A stretch of DNA of 64,000 bases from Octopus vulgaris (GCA_951406725.2 OX597818.1:7750001-7814000); one strand, 5' to 3'; shown: positions 1 to 12,789, counted from the stretch's first letter. Translations and numbers: made by a program. The notes: generated from the sequence alone by a model not told the origin.

Positions 1-17
1 ACAACATTAAGTTTGTA

Positions 18-1204
<1,187 letters not shown>

Positions 1205-1239
1205 TGGAGTTTAACGCAGGTGTAAATCAAATATTTTTA

Positions 1240-1323
1240 CTTTCGACACATATTTCGAAAATTCCACTGATACTATTCAAAAGAATAAATGGTATAAACA
1301 ATGCAATCTTCTGTTCAGGAAAG
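1240..1323 (-). ncRNA. Hammerhead motif in the 3' pLTR, core mutated (CUGAACA)
   Basis: Inverted copy of 4208-4291 with G8 changed to C and GAAAC changed to GAAAU. Confidence 0.7.
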
Positions 1324-1865
1324 GGAAAAAAAACGAAACTCGTCAATAAGTCATTTTAACAAAAAATGATGGATTTGTATAGCGATTAACTGAACGCTCT
1401 TAATATGATATAACGTCATAAGTAGCTTACAGAAAGAGTAGGGATATTAATAGTGAATGTTAAATAAAAAGAAATAAAAGTTTAAATTATATATAATGAT
1501 AGAGACTACTTATATGCACTAAATGTGTGTTTTTGCCAATGTTTACATATGTATGCTCGCTCTATAACAATGTTTAGTAGGGGATTTTTAGAAAAAAATA
1601 ATGAAAAATAGCTCAAAATTGCAGAGAAAACAGAATTCCTTGCCTTTGTCATGAGGTGTCGAGATTGACAGAATCAACCATTCTAAATGAAATTGTTCAT
1701 TGTGGTCTTTTAGATCCCAAATCAGTTTGCTGAGACCGGTACTATTACGTTTATTTCTCTCCCTAAATGTTGAGTAATGGATAGACATTCTTTTAGATAA
1801 CTCTAACGATGTGCTGCCAATGTAAAATCGTACTTTATTACGAGTACTGATTATAAACTCGTATA

Positions 1866-2018
1866 TGGAAATGTTATCATGTACATTGTTTTTTTTTCTC
1901 GGTATAAAAGATGGCCTACAGCAAATATTCTGTTCAATACCACAGATTTGCTTGTCAGTTGTTTAACCTCAACCAGTTGAGCATGTCCCTTAGTGTCTGA
2001 CGATATGTAAATCTCTGA
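1866..2018. repeat. Fragment of an interspersed repeat inserted in the PLE
   Basis: Reverse-complement match to ~15912-16062 (cagcaaatattctg.tcaata.cacagatttgcttgtcagttgttt). Confidence 0.8.
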
Positions 2019-3310
2019 CTTCAAATACAATAACCTTGTTATTAATATTTCTAGAGGGTTGGATGGTATTAGCTAAATTAATTTATTACGTGAAGAGATA
2101 ATTTGTAAGAGGTCTTTTGTGTTTGAAAAGTCGATCCTAAACGTATGTAAATTGATAATAGAGTAATACCTAGAATTTTTTGGAAAATTCCACACAATAG
2201 CTTGACGAAACAGCAGTGGGAGATTAGATTTAATTTGTCTCCCGTAAGGAACTATTAACCAAATATTATACTAGTATTCATAGTGTAATCATTTTTGAAG
2301 GTGTTATATTTACTTTTAGAACGATAATAGAGGATTACATAAGGGTTATCTGCCTTCATTCGCTTTGTATCGGCGCATAAGTTATGTTTGTTATCAATAA
2401 TTCTTTTACGACTAGAAATCTTATCTACATTATTGAATTTACAATTAGACTGAGTAGAATCAATGTAGAAAATTTTCTCTGTATAACATGCTTTAATTAA
2501 GACAGAGTTATAGAATTCAGCGTTATCATTGAAAATATCAACATTAGCAGATAATTTATATAATCTAAATGAAATATTCTTTACTACGTTCTTAGTAATT
2601 GCTCTAGGATGATTACTAAATTTGCTTAAGATTGGTCAACGGTTTACGATATGGGAAGTAAGAGTCACTGTGTAAATTAAGCGTAATATCTAAAAAGTTG
2701 GCCTTCGTCATATCGTCATCAAAAACGATTTTTAAGCCAATTCTACTGAAAAAATTAACTAAACTATTCTTAACATTTTGTACCTTTTGGTTGGAAACAT
2801 TTTGGAGGTAAAGTAAACAATCATCACGATATAGACCTCCATAAATGTTAGGGAACGCTTCTGCCATTACAAAAAGTATATATATACAGACCAAATCAGC
2901 TATTTGTGCTGAATCAGAACTTACCATTGGTATATCGAAACTATCTGGTGTGTCTTTACGGACCCAAAACTTATTATCAAATTTAATGATAGATCTTCTG
3001 GCTGCCAACACAACATTAATTTCTTCTCGGTGGAGACCAGCTTTGTTATGAGCAAGCCAAAGTTCCTTATTAAGTACTATATATATATATATATATATAT
3101 ACATATATACGTATATTTTTTCTAAAAATCCCCTAGTAAACACGGTTATAGAGCGAGCATACAGATGTAAACATTGGCAAAAACACACATTTAGTGCATA
3201 TAAGTAGTCTCTATCATTATATATAATTTAAACTTTAATTTCTTTTAAATTTAACATTCACTATTAATATCCCTATTCTTTCTGTAAGCTACTTATGACG
3301 TTATATCATA

Positions 3311-4106
3311 CTAGCAGTATCGCCCGGCGTTGCTCGGGTTTGTAAGGGAAATAACTATATAAGCATTTTTAGTGAGTTATAGCAAAAAAATAGCAAAAAA
3401 TGCATAAAAAATGGAGTAAAAAATGATGGTCATTTTTTTTTTAAATCGTTGACTCATCGTAGACATTTTTAGAGAGTTACTTCCCTTATATAATAGCGAA
3501 AAAATACATTAAAATGGAAAAAATGATGTTAAATTTTTTTTTCAATTGTAGACTCATCGTAGACGCGCGCTAATACGCAGAAGGGCTCGATATGAATCAT
3601 GACTATAAGATACCGGCTTTTGGTTACACTGCACCGCAAAATGTGGGAGTAGTTAGGAATCTAAATCGTAGGAGACAGACACACGACTTCACTTTTATAT
3701 ATAAAGATTCTGTTTTGGTGTCTTCAAGCTATGAAGTCGTTGTTCTGAAAGAACGCTGGTCTCCTTGACAACGCTTTACGACGTTGATTTCCTTATACTC
3801 CCTTCCCCACAGCATCACGAGGGAGGGAAGAAGGGGGAGAAGAAACACAGGCGCAGGTGTGAGCATGGACGCCAAATCCGCAACCAATTAAAAAAATATG
3901 CGTTAAAATGGAAAAAAATGATGTTAAATTATTTTTTAAATCGTAGACTCATCGTAGACGCGCGCTAATACACAGACGGGCTCGATATGAATCACGACTA
4001 TAAGATACCCGAATTTGGTTAAACTGCATCGCAAAATATGGGAGTAGTTAGGAATCTAATTCGAAGGGGACAGACACTCACACAGCTACAGTTTTATATA
4101 TATAGA
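3311..4106 (-). mobile_element. Non-autonomous Helitron with two 5' termini
   Basis: Minus strand reads A|TCTATATATATAAAA...CCCGAGCAACGCCGGG (hairpin)-CGATACTG-CTAG|T. The 5' ~210 bp is present twice (~3500-3707 and ~3890-4106). Confidence 0.85.
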
Positions 4107-4207
4107 TAACGTTTTTTTTTTAACAATATTAAGAGCGTTCAGTTAATCGCTATACAAATCCATCATTTTTTGCTAAAATGACATATTGACGAGTTTCGTT
4201 TTTTTCC

Positions 4208-4291
4208 CTTTCCTGAAGAGAAGATTGCGTTGTTTATACCATTTATTCTTTTGAATAGTATCAGTGGAATTTTCGAAACATGTGTCGAAAG
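4208..4291 (+). ncRNA. Type-I hammerhead ribozyme with a canonical core
   Basis: CUUUC-CUGAAGA-GAAGAUU...AAUUUUC-GAAA-C-AUGU-G-UC-GAAAG, with predicted cleavage after C4286. Confidence 0.85.
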
Positions 4292-4539
4292 TAAAAATAT
4301 TTTATTTACACCTGCGTTAAACTCCATTTATTTATTCATATATTATACAAAAAGTTCCACGTAAACACGAAGTTTCTACCTTTATAAACAATGAGTTACA
4401 ACCTCTTTTGAGATTTTTGCTACCCTGGTAACTATTTATTTATTTTTTCCGTGTTAATTGTTAACAAGGTAAAAATACACTCATCTATTTATAATACATT
4501 AATCAGGTTTATTAATAACTAGCTAACTGGTTATTAATA

Positions 4540-4541
<2 letters not shown>

Positions 4542-4599
<58 letters not shown>
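4542..4599. repeat. (TTA)n microsatellite
   Basis: Visible tandem units. Confidence 0.95.
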
Positions 4600-4601
<2 letters not shown>

Positions 4602-4604
4602 TGT

Positions 4605-5082
4605 CCGAAATTGGACAAATACTGTAATAACGAATATTTTGGAGATTTCTTTCGGTTTGTTTCGAGATGCATAAATTATAATGGTTATCGACAATTTTTT
4701 TTTTCGGCATATTTGGCATTAGAATTTTTCTTCTGCCCTTATCTTGTAAATTATGTATCAATTTTATCTTTAAAGGCATTTTTTGATATGCTGGCCATTG
4801 ATAAAATATTTTTTCCCGAAAAAATATTTATCCTATATTATTTATAAATAGATTAGTGTTCACTTCCGGAATCTATCACTCTGTGAAACTTTCTAGTTCG
4901 AATCACACGTGTCTCGAGGTGCGCCGAAGATCTTTCTATTTTGGATATATTTGGAGTACTTAAGTATGCTCGGGACTTAATGCTTGCTTTTTTCATGGGT
5001 ATGAGTAAGTATTTCATTTATATCTCGTGTATTTGCCGCTGAAGGGGGGAAATTTTCTCATGAATTAACCCCGAAATTGGAC
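4605..5082 (+). mobile_element. 466-bp PLE-type unit bounded by a 12-bp direct repeat, with a degenerate hammerhead
   Basis: CCGAAATTGGAC occurs at 4605 and 5071. CTGAAGG-GGGG...CCCC-GAAA lies at 5039-5076. The unit is flanked by (TTA)n and (TA)n. Confidence 0.5.
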
Positions 5083-5085
5083 TTG

Positions 5086-5127
<42 letters not shown>

Positions 5128-5151
5128 TTTATTTATATATGAACATATATA

Positions 5152-5295
5152 TTGGGTTTCTTTCAGTTTCTGTCTACCAAATCCACTCACAAAGCTTTTG
5201 TCAAGTTGATGCTGTAGTATAAGTCATTTGCCCAAAATGCTATGCAGTGTGTCTGAACCGTAAAACATGTAGTAAAAAGGAAGCCTCTTACCACA
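5152..5295 (-). mobile_element. tRNA-derived SINE, family B
   Basis: Reverse complement of the gtgagtggatttggtagac.gaaactgaaagaa motif shared with copies at 6410, 39445 and 48974. Confidence 0.75.
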
Positions 5296-6004
5296 TATAT
5301 TAGTAAAATAACAGTTATATGCGGCATAACATCTAGCGGAAACAATTGCCACCTGAATATAGCAAATTTAAATATAAAATTTATGATAAATTAATTGTTA
5401 TAAAATACATAGTTTTCCGTTTTTGAATATGTAATGTAGTGATCGATTAAGTTCTTTTGGGGAGTATTGAATCATAAAGGAAATTTCTAATCTGTAACAT
5501 GTTTGGATATCATTCATATCAAGAATGAAAAAAACTTTCCCACTTAAGCAACCATGTACAACGTAGTAAACGGTTTTGTTTGTAACTGAAACAGAAGTAC
5601 ACTGAGGAGGTATTGTATAAGTGTCCATGACAAGAATGATGCTGAGAATATTAGGCAGATAGACAAACTTTCGTCCAAAGATTGCCAAATCTGTTTAAGC
5701 AGCAATATAATGTGAAATTAGGCAATGACAAGGATGTCCACTATATGAGAAAAAAACAATAATTAAGCTCCGGATACCTTAATATTGTTAAGGTGGAGAG
5801 AGCCAAAATCTTTTGAGAAAGCTACAAACTGTAAGTCATAGGATGGGTTGAAGTATGAAAGAAGGGTAGGCAAACGGTAATTATGATACAAAAGCATGTA
5901 TGAAGGAAAAACGTTGGAAAGTTAAATAGATGCAGAAAGTAATAGAAGAATAGGTGATATTAAAATGGATGATAGAGAGAAACAAAGACAGATACGCTGT
6001 TTGT

Positions 6005-6073
6005 TAGATAAGTAGATACATAAGTCAGGGGATAGATAAGCAGTGGGATAGATAGATAGATAAGCAGACATAC

Positions 6074-6138
<65 letters not shown>
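6005..6138. repeat. (GATA)n microsatellite with a degenerate lead-in
   Basis: Visible tandem units. Confidence 0.93.
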
Positions 6139-6139
<1 letters not shown>

Positions 6140-6409
6140 ACAGTTAGATGGGAAAAAAATAAAGGATACTAAGCGTATTTTACCATTTTATTCACCCTTT
6201 GTCTTATTCCACATTTTGCATCAATCTTCCCCGCGTTTCTTCTCGTGGCTTCGTCCTGATTTTTAAACTGAACAAGTCATGTGCTCAAAGCCTGAGAAAA
6301 GAAGGCACTTTATAAAACATACCTAACCAAGTATCTTAATAGCAAGAACCTAATACTATCTCTTATTTTAATACAGTGCACACTAACTTTTATTATCGTG
6401 GCCGTGGGA

Positions 6410-6800
6410 GAGACGCAGTTATGGCTGCCTGGTAAGAAGCTTGCTCCCCAACTATATGGTTCAGAGTTCAGTCCTACTGCATGACACCTTGTGCAAATGT
6501 CTTTTATTACAGCCTCGGTCCAATCAAAGAGTTTTGAGTAGATTTGTTAGAGGGAAACTGAAAGAAGCACTTTGTGTGTATATATATGTGTGTGTACATG
6601 TGTGTGTGTGTGTGTGTGTTTGTGTTCTGTGTTTATCCCCCCATCTCAGCTTCAAAAGCGGTAACTTAGCAGAAGGGGGTGACTGAAGACGTACCAAATT
6701 TTAAAAGTAATAAGTACGGGAGTCGATCCATTCAACAATATATTTTGAAGGCATTGCCCCAGCATGTCCATAGTATAATGACTGAAAGAAGTAAAAGATA
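6410..6800 (+). mobile_element. tRNA-derived SINE, family B, with internal (TG)n
   Basis: Head tggtaagaagcttgct...ggttcagagttcagtcc (A/B-box-like), body gaaactgaaagaag, tail gccccagcatg..ca....taatgactgaaa. Confidence 0.8.
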
Positions 6801-7156
6801 AAAGAAAATAATGAACGTGGTTGAGAGTTTTTATCTGAGAAGTTGGAATAAATTAAATGTTTTATTCCGAATGACTGCAAGTGTTTCGGTGCATCAGCAT
6901 CAACCAGTAATTGCTGAATGTTACACATATTATGCACATTATTGCATTATATGATCAAACAATAGCTGTGTTCCTGTACTTCATCAGTTGAGAAGGGTAC
7001 AAAGCACTGCTTGATCACCTATAAGTTTGTTCAGTCCATCTTCTCGGATTAAAATTCTTTTGTAAAAACTCTGCGGATGTATATCCAGGAAAAGTTGATG
7101 AAAAGCCGATGCACGTTAAGGAGCTTTGGAAAGCATGCTACATGTTTATTAAGCTA

Positions 7157-7590
7157 AGGCGGCGAGCTGGCAGACACGTTAACACACGGGGCGAAATGCT
7201 TAGCGGTATTTCGTCTGCCGTTACGTTCTGTGTTCAAATTCCGCCGAGGTCGACTTTGCCTTTCATATTTTCAGGGTCGATAAATTAAGTACCAGTTACG
7301 CGCTGGGGTCGATGTAATCGATTTAATTCCTTTGTCTGTCCATGTTTGTTCCTTCTGTGTTTAGACCCTTGTGGGCAATAAAGAAATAAGAAACGTTAGC
7401 ACGTCGGGCGAAATACTTACTGGTACTTCGTCTATCTTTACGTTCTGAGTTCAAATTCCTCAGAGGTCGACTTTACCTTTCATTCTTTCGGGGTCGATAA
7501 ATTAAATTCCAATTGCGTAGTGAGGTCGATCTAATCGACCGGCCTCCTCTCCCAACATCTCGGGCATTCTACCTAGAATAGAAAAGAATA
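7157..7590 (+). mobile_element. tRNA-derived SINE, family A, tandem dimer
   Basis: Two units, each with B-box GTTCAAATTCC and the core gaggtcgacttt.cctttcat...ggtcgataaattaa. Confidence 0.88.
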
Positions 7591-7599
7591 TCAATTTAG

Positions 7600-8115
7600 G
7601 CTGCCTCATACACCTTCACATGATCCTGGCTTCGATTTCCGGACCGACCGGTGCTTGTGTCCGTGATGAAAAAACATTATCTCCCGTTACTCGGTGATCA
7701 CTTGTGGTAGATAGTGCATTTGTACGGGTAATTTCGATTCAGTTTGATGTAGAGAAGAGATAATGTGCAGCAGAAGTATCTGATCCACATAAAGAAATAT
7801 TCTGTGCAAGTTGTTCAATGAAATTTATGGAACGCTCATCAGTCATCTATGAGAGAAGAATCTATTCTTATATATCATTGTCATTTACGTGTTTCTATCA
7901 TTGCACTGCCGTCATGTTGGGGCACCGATCTGAAGTGATCATTCTAAGCAATCGGCGTCAATATTTCTTTCTCTAAGACTTTGTTCTTGCGCAAGACACT
8001 TTATTTCGCGTTGCTCCAGTTCACTCTGCTGTAGATATAATTTGCGCGGACTGTGCTTCGGAAGTGAACTTTCTAGATTCAATCCGGAGGTAATTCATGA
8101 CCGAAGGGGGTCTTT
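7600..8115 (+). mobile_element. Degenerate SINE fragments
   Basis: B-box-like ttcgatttcc, and caagacactttatttc.cgttgctccagt shared with ~29275. Confidence 0.5.
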
Positions 8116-8117
8116 AA

Positions 8118-8440
8118 ATCTGGTAATTATTCTATAGATCTCTTTGCTGAAGTGCTAATTTACGGTAACCTAAACAAACCAACACCGATTGCCAAGTAGT
8201 GTGTCGGAACAACTACAACAGAAGCAAAATGACACATACACACAATCGCACATATACACAGACACACGCACCCGCACAAACGCCCACACGTACATATATA
8301 TATTCCATGGCTTCTTTCAATTTCAGTCTACCATATCCACTCACATGACTTTAGTCGGCCCGCTGCTATAGTAGAAGATACGAAGTGCCACACAATGGGA
8401 TGGGAATCACAAACACGTTGTTAGGAAAGAAGCTTCTTAT
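8118..8440 (-). mobile_element. SINE, family B, degenerate
   Basis: tttcagtctaccatatccactcaca...gctatagtagaaga matches the other family B copies in reverse. Confidence 0.7.
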
Positions 8441-9027
8441 AACAGCCTCAGATTCATGTAATTATTAATACTGAAGTTTAGTTGATTTTTCTCATCTACG
8501 AATAAACGATTTGCTTCATTCAAAATCAAGTTTCATATATAAAAATTAAATAATCTAAATGAGCCAATCACGTGTATTCAGCTAACAAAATAATTAATTA
8601 ACAAAGTTTTAACAATAAAGGCATTTATTAATACTGGTGAGAAAGTAATATATTTTTTCATATCCATTGTAAACTGAACTGCTACAGATGATTAACTCAC
8701 ACTTATACCTGTGGAGTAATTAATAATTTTAAAAGATTCTGTTTGCTAGAGAAAAGACAATTCTATGAAATTAACATGAAAATACATTCATTAATCTAAA
8801 ACCATCAAAAAGAGTCATAAATATAAGATCTAAAAAAGAGATCAGATTAACACATAAAAAGTAATAAAAGTTTAACTTGCAATCAATAAAAAAATTATAC
8901 TGAATTATAAAAATGAAATAAAATTTCATATCAAGTAAAAATACTGATGGATTTGCAATAGAACTTAACAAATAATAAATTAAAAGTAAACCAATTTCTT
9001 AATGCCTTCGTAGAAGTAAATTAGCTG

Positions 9028-9070
<43 letters not shown>

Positions 9071-9124
9071 TTATTGTTATTATTGTTGTTGGTGTTGTTG
9101 TTGTTGCTGTTGTTGTTGTTGTTG

Positions 9125-9184
<60 letters not shown>
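9028..9184. repeat. (ATT)n/(GTT)n compound microsatellite
   Basis: Visible tandem units. Confidence 0.95.
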
Positions 9185-9185
<1 letters not shown>

Positions 9186-9430
9186 CTAGTCTCCTTTTTT
9201 ATTACATACTTTCACTGTACTACCGAAGGCAGACCTATGTGCCTTGGAGATGTGATATGGTTTCCTAAAGCGCTTTTATTTTCATTGTATTAAAATTACT
9301 TTACTTAGAGCGTGTGCGTTGCCTAGTAGTGCTATTTTCTGGATTTTATAGACATTCGTAAGTCTTGTCGTTATAATTATGTATTTTTCTGAATGATTTT
9401 TAATCATACCAAATGCGCCTATTATTATAG
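9186..9430 (-). mobile_element. 3' end of a diverged R4/Dong-like LINE
   Basis: Similar to the 3' end of the 10822 copy (ctttcact..actaccga...gccttgg; cctagtagtgc.attttctg). It encodes IQKIALLGNAHAL and abuts (ATT)n. Confidence 0.75.
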
Positions 9431-9529
9431 GGCAAAGGGTGGTCCATCAGAGCATTATTTTTATTATAGATGTCGCACATTATACAATATCGTGAGGTTG
9501 TTGATTGAAGATATTCTGTCTACTGGGCG

Positions 9530-10183
9530 TTTGTACTATTTGTCAAGTAACAACAGTGACCTCAGACAGACTACTTGAGGTAATATGCTTGCAATTCCAA
9601 GTAATGCCGACTTTTGCAATACACCTAGAATGTGTAGGGTATTTCTGAAGTTTTCAGATTTTTTTTTTTTCAGATTGGGTGGTAATGAAACCAATACTCC
9701 GATAACAACAGGGATAATCTTTATGTTTGACTCTCTATCTGCTACATCTTAGCGATCTCAATTCTCTGGTCTCCATATTTATCAATCTTTTCTCTTTCTT
9801 TGATGATATGTTGATCTGGTATTGCTGCATCAATTATTAGGCATACTTGTTTGTCACTCCTAAAGATTATTATATCCGGCCTTCCGTGCTTCATTGTGTG
9901 GAAATCAAAGTCCCACGGGATTTTTTCCTTTCCTTTTCCGACTATTATCTTTTCGAGCGTGACCCGTAATCTCATATCCATAGTTACGTCATAGCAGCCT
10001 GTGGAAATGTTGGCCTACCTTGTCGTGTCTATGGTTGTACTCTTTCTGCGCAAGGCTTTCACAAGTACTAACAATGTGAGTCAATTTTTCGACTTTCTTC
10101 CCACGCATTCTTCAGATGTTCGTTGCACTCGAGTGGCATATATTCTTTTTTACTGAGTTGGTATTCAATGCCTGATCCTGGGC
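9530..10183 (-). mobile_element. Degraded R4-clade LINE 3' fragment (restriction-like endonuclease)
   Basis: WDFDFHT...RPDIIIF...CLIIDAAIP...EKIDKY..RIEIAKM, with HRHDKV and AQDQAL upstream. Confidence 0.8.
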
Positions 10184-10221
10184 ATCATCATCATCATTGT
10201 CATCATCATCATCATATTATT

Positions 10222-10398
10222 AATGCAGTGAGCTGGTAGGCCCAATAGCACGCCGGACAAAATTATTAACGACGCTTAACGAAGTCGACTTTTGGCTTTT
10301 CGGGGTAGATAAAATAAGTATTACTTGAATACTTTCGTCGATGTTATCGACTAACCAACTTCATAAAATTTAGGCCTTTTGTCTATAATTGAAAGAAT
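10222..10398 (+). mobile_element. SINE, family A, degenerate
   Basis: gagctggtag...gtcgacttt...ggggtagataaaataagta. Confidence 0.65.
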
Positions 10399-10419
10399 TG
10401 CTATTGTTCTCATTATTCG

Positions 10420-10806
10420 ATCTGACTTAGGTTTAGTCTTATTCTGAGTAGAATATATGTGGGTAACAGGTTGCTATCTGTAATCTTAAATATCCACAAC
10501 CTTTCAATAATCTTACAAGAGCTCAAAACACTTCTGATAATCTTTCCTGTTCCTAAGATGCAACTTTTCCGTTGAAGCTCTACAAAATATTTCATTCCGT
10601 TCCAATTTCCACCAACCATTTGTCCCTATCATTATTTATAGTACCTAAGGCATCAAATATTACAGGTACAACTTGCACAGTTTCAATACTCCGAATTTTC
10701 GCAAAGTTAAAAATTTTTCATCTTTCTTCTTTACAAGCTTGGAATCACACAGACATAATGGATCAATCAATAAGCAATTTCGCTTTTCCTTATCTATTAT
10801 CCTTAA
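10420..10806 (-). mobile_element. Degraded R4-clade LINE 3' fragment
   Basis: VQVVPVIFDALGTI...LQRKSCILGTGKIIRSVL, the typical R4/REL C-terminus. Confidence 0.75.
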
Positions 10807-10821
10807 TCATTATTATTATTA

Positions 10822-12733
10822 TTCAGTAGTTTTATTTTTATAGCGTGCTTTCACTTCACTACCGAGCGCAGCTCTGTTTGCCTTGGGTATGTGCTGTGAT
10901 TTGTTGTGATGCTCTGATGGTTATTGTATGGAAAGTGTTCTGCGTAGGATGTGTGCAGTGCCTAGTAGTGCAATTTTCTGTATGTTATATGTGTTTGTAA
11001 GTCCTGGTGTTTTTGTTATGTATTTGTCTGAATATTTTTTATCATGCCTAATGCACCTACTATGATAGGAATTGTTTCTGTTTTCAGATTTCACATTCTA
11101 GTTACCTCTATTTCCAGGTCTTTGTATTTTGAGAGATTCTCCATTTCTTTTAGGGACACGTTGTCATCTGCCGGTATTGATACATCAATTAGAAAGCATT
11201 TTTTTCTTCATGATCTCTGACAACTATATCTGGTCTGTTGGCCTTCATTTCTCTATCTGTGTGTATCGGCATATCCCAGAGTATGGTTGCTTTCTCGTTT
11301 TCTGTGACCTTTTCTGGTGTGTGCCTATACCATCTTTTTTCTGTTGTTATTCCATAATGTTGGCATAGCTTCCAATGTATGTAGGTTCCAACTCTGTCAT
11401 GTCTGTGAATATATTCCTTCTTAGCCAGGACTGGGCAGCTAGAGATAATATGATTTATTGTTTCTTGTCCATCTCCACATATTCTGCAGTTACTTGTACA
11501 TTACATGTTTGTGGTAATTTCTGGTGGGGAGGCTTTAGTCTTGTGCTGCAATTAAAAATCCCACTGTTTCTGCTTTGAGTCCTGAGCTTCTCAACCATTG
11601 CTGGGATTTTTCTTTGTCTATTTCTTTTGCGTTTAGTTTAGTCCAGTATTTACCATGAAGGGGCTTTTCTTGCCATCGGCTTATCATGATTCGTTGCTGT
11701 TCTATTTTTAGTTTGGATTTCATTTGTTTTATAGCTTTTGTTGTTCTTTCATTTTCTTCTTCTTCTTCTTCTTCTTCTTCTTCTTCTTCTTCTTCTTCTT
11801 CTTCTTCTTCTTCTTCTTCTTCTTCTTCTTCTTCTTCTTCTTCTTCTTCTTCTTCTTCTTCATATTTATTAGGTGGTATGATTTGTTGTTTGTATTTGTC
11901 AGCTTCCTTAAATACTGAGAACAGTTTTTGTTTTGCTCGTGTTTTGCCACTAATTGTATCAGTTTCATTTAGTGTCCAGTTAAGGATATTGTAGCTGTAA
12001 CTTATAACTGGGACAGCTAAAGTGTTAATACCTATTATCTTGTTGTTAGCATTGAGCTCTGTTTTTAGTGTTGATCTAACTCGTCTATAATATTCTATTT
12101 TTATTTTCTCTTTCATTTGTGTGTGTTGTGTCTTGTCTAGTTCATGGATTCCTAAGTATTTGTAAGTTTGGCTTTGGCCTAATTCTTTTATTTCATTGGT
12201 TTTATCTAGTGTGATGTTGTTACTCTTAACTAGTTTTCCTCTTTCATGGTTACTTTAGCGCATTTTTCTAATCCAAATTTCATATCTATTTCTTTGGTAA
12301 ATCCATGAACTGTCTTTAATAGTGTTTCCAGCTGTTTGTCATTTGCAGCGTATAGTTTTAGGTCATCCATATATAAAAGGTGGCTGATCGTTTTGCCGTA
12401 ACATTTATATCCGCATCCAGTTCTATTTAGCATATCAGATAGGGGTGACAGTGCCAAGCAGAAAAGGAGTGGAGAGAGCGTGTCTCCCTGGAATATTACT
12501 CTTCTAATGGGGATGTCTTTGGTTTTCATGAGTCCCTCTTTTGTTTGGAGGTGTAGGGTTATTTGCCATTTATTCATAGAGTGCCCTATGAATTTTATGA
12601 TTGTTGGTGCTACTTTGTTAATGGCTAGTGTTTCGAGGATCCATGTGTGGGGGATGCTATCAAGCGCCTTTTTGTAGTCGATCCAGGCTATACTGAGGCC
12701 TTTCTTCTATCTGTGGCTGTCTTCAGTTATGGC

Positions 12734-12740
<7 letters not shown>
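10822..12740 (-). mobile_element. R4/Dong-like LINE copy A: 5'-truncated, with an internal deletion and a GAA expansion
   Basis: RT motifs IFQGDTLSPLLF and LLYMDDLKLY plus a REL domain. Near-identical to copies B-D, with (TAA)n on both sides. Confidence 0.95.
11754..11861. repeat. (TTC)36 inside LINE copy A
   Basis: A pure tract; the matching site in copies C and D has only ~6-7 units. Confidence 0.95.
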
Positions 12741-12787
<47 letters not shown>

Positions 12788-12789
12788 TA

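Larger units (their letters stand above)
1195..3066 (-). mobile_element. Penelope-like retroelement, 5'-truncated and degraded (RT, C-terminal GIY-YIG, pLTR)
   Basis: RT motifs FDIPM..S.DSAQIADLV, GGLYRDD and ANFLDITLNL...PYRKP at 2616-3066. The endonuclease region reads FYIGST...STGLSKLIWDLK...W.IL...CFLC at 1588-1860. The 3' ~400 bp recurs inverted downstream. Confidence 0.9.
3112..4510 (+). mobile_element. Inverted pseudo-LTR of the PLE, split by a Helitron
   Basis: 3112-3310 plus 4128-4337 is the reverse complement of ~1195-1600. The sequence continues beyond 4337, probably as the element's 5' region. Confidence 0.88.

Noticed and set aside
7157-7260. tRNA genes suggested by GTTCAAATTCC boxes
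   Set aside because: These are heads of multi-copy SINEs, and no cloverleaf or anticodon arm could be drawn.
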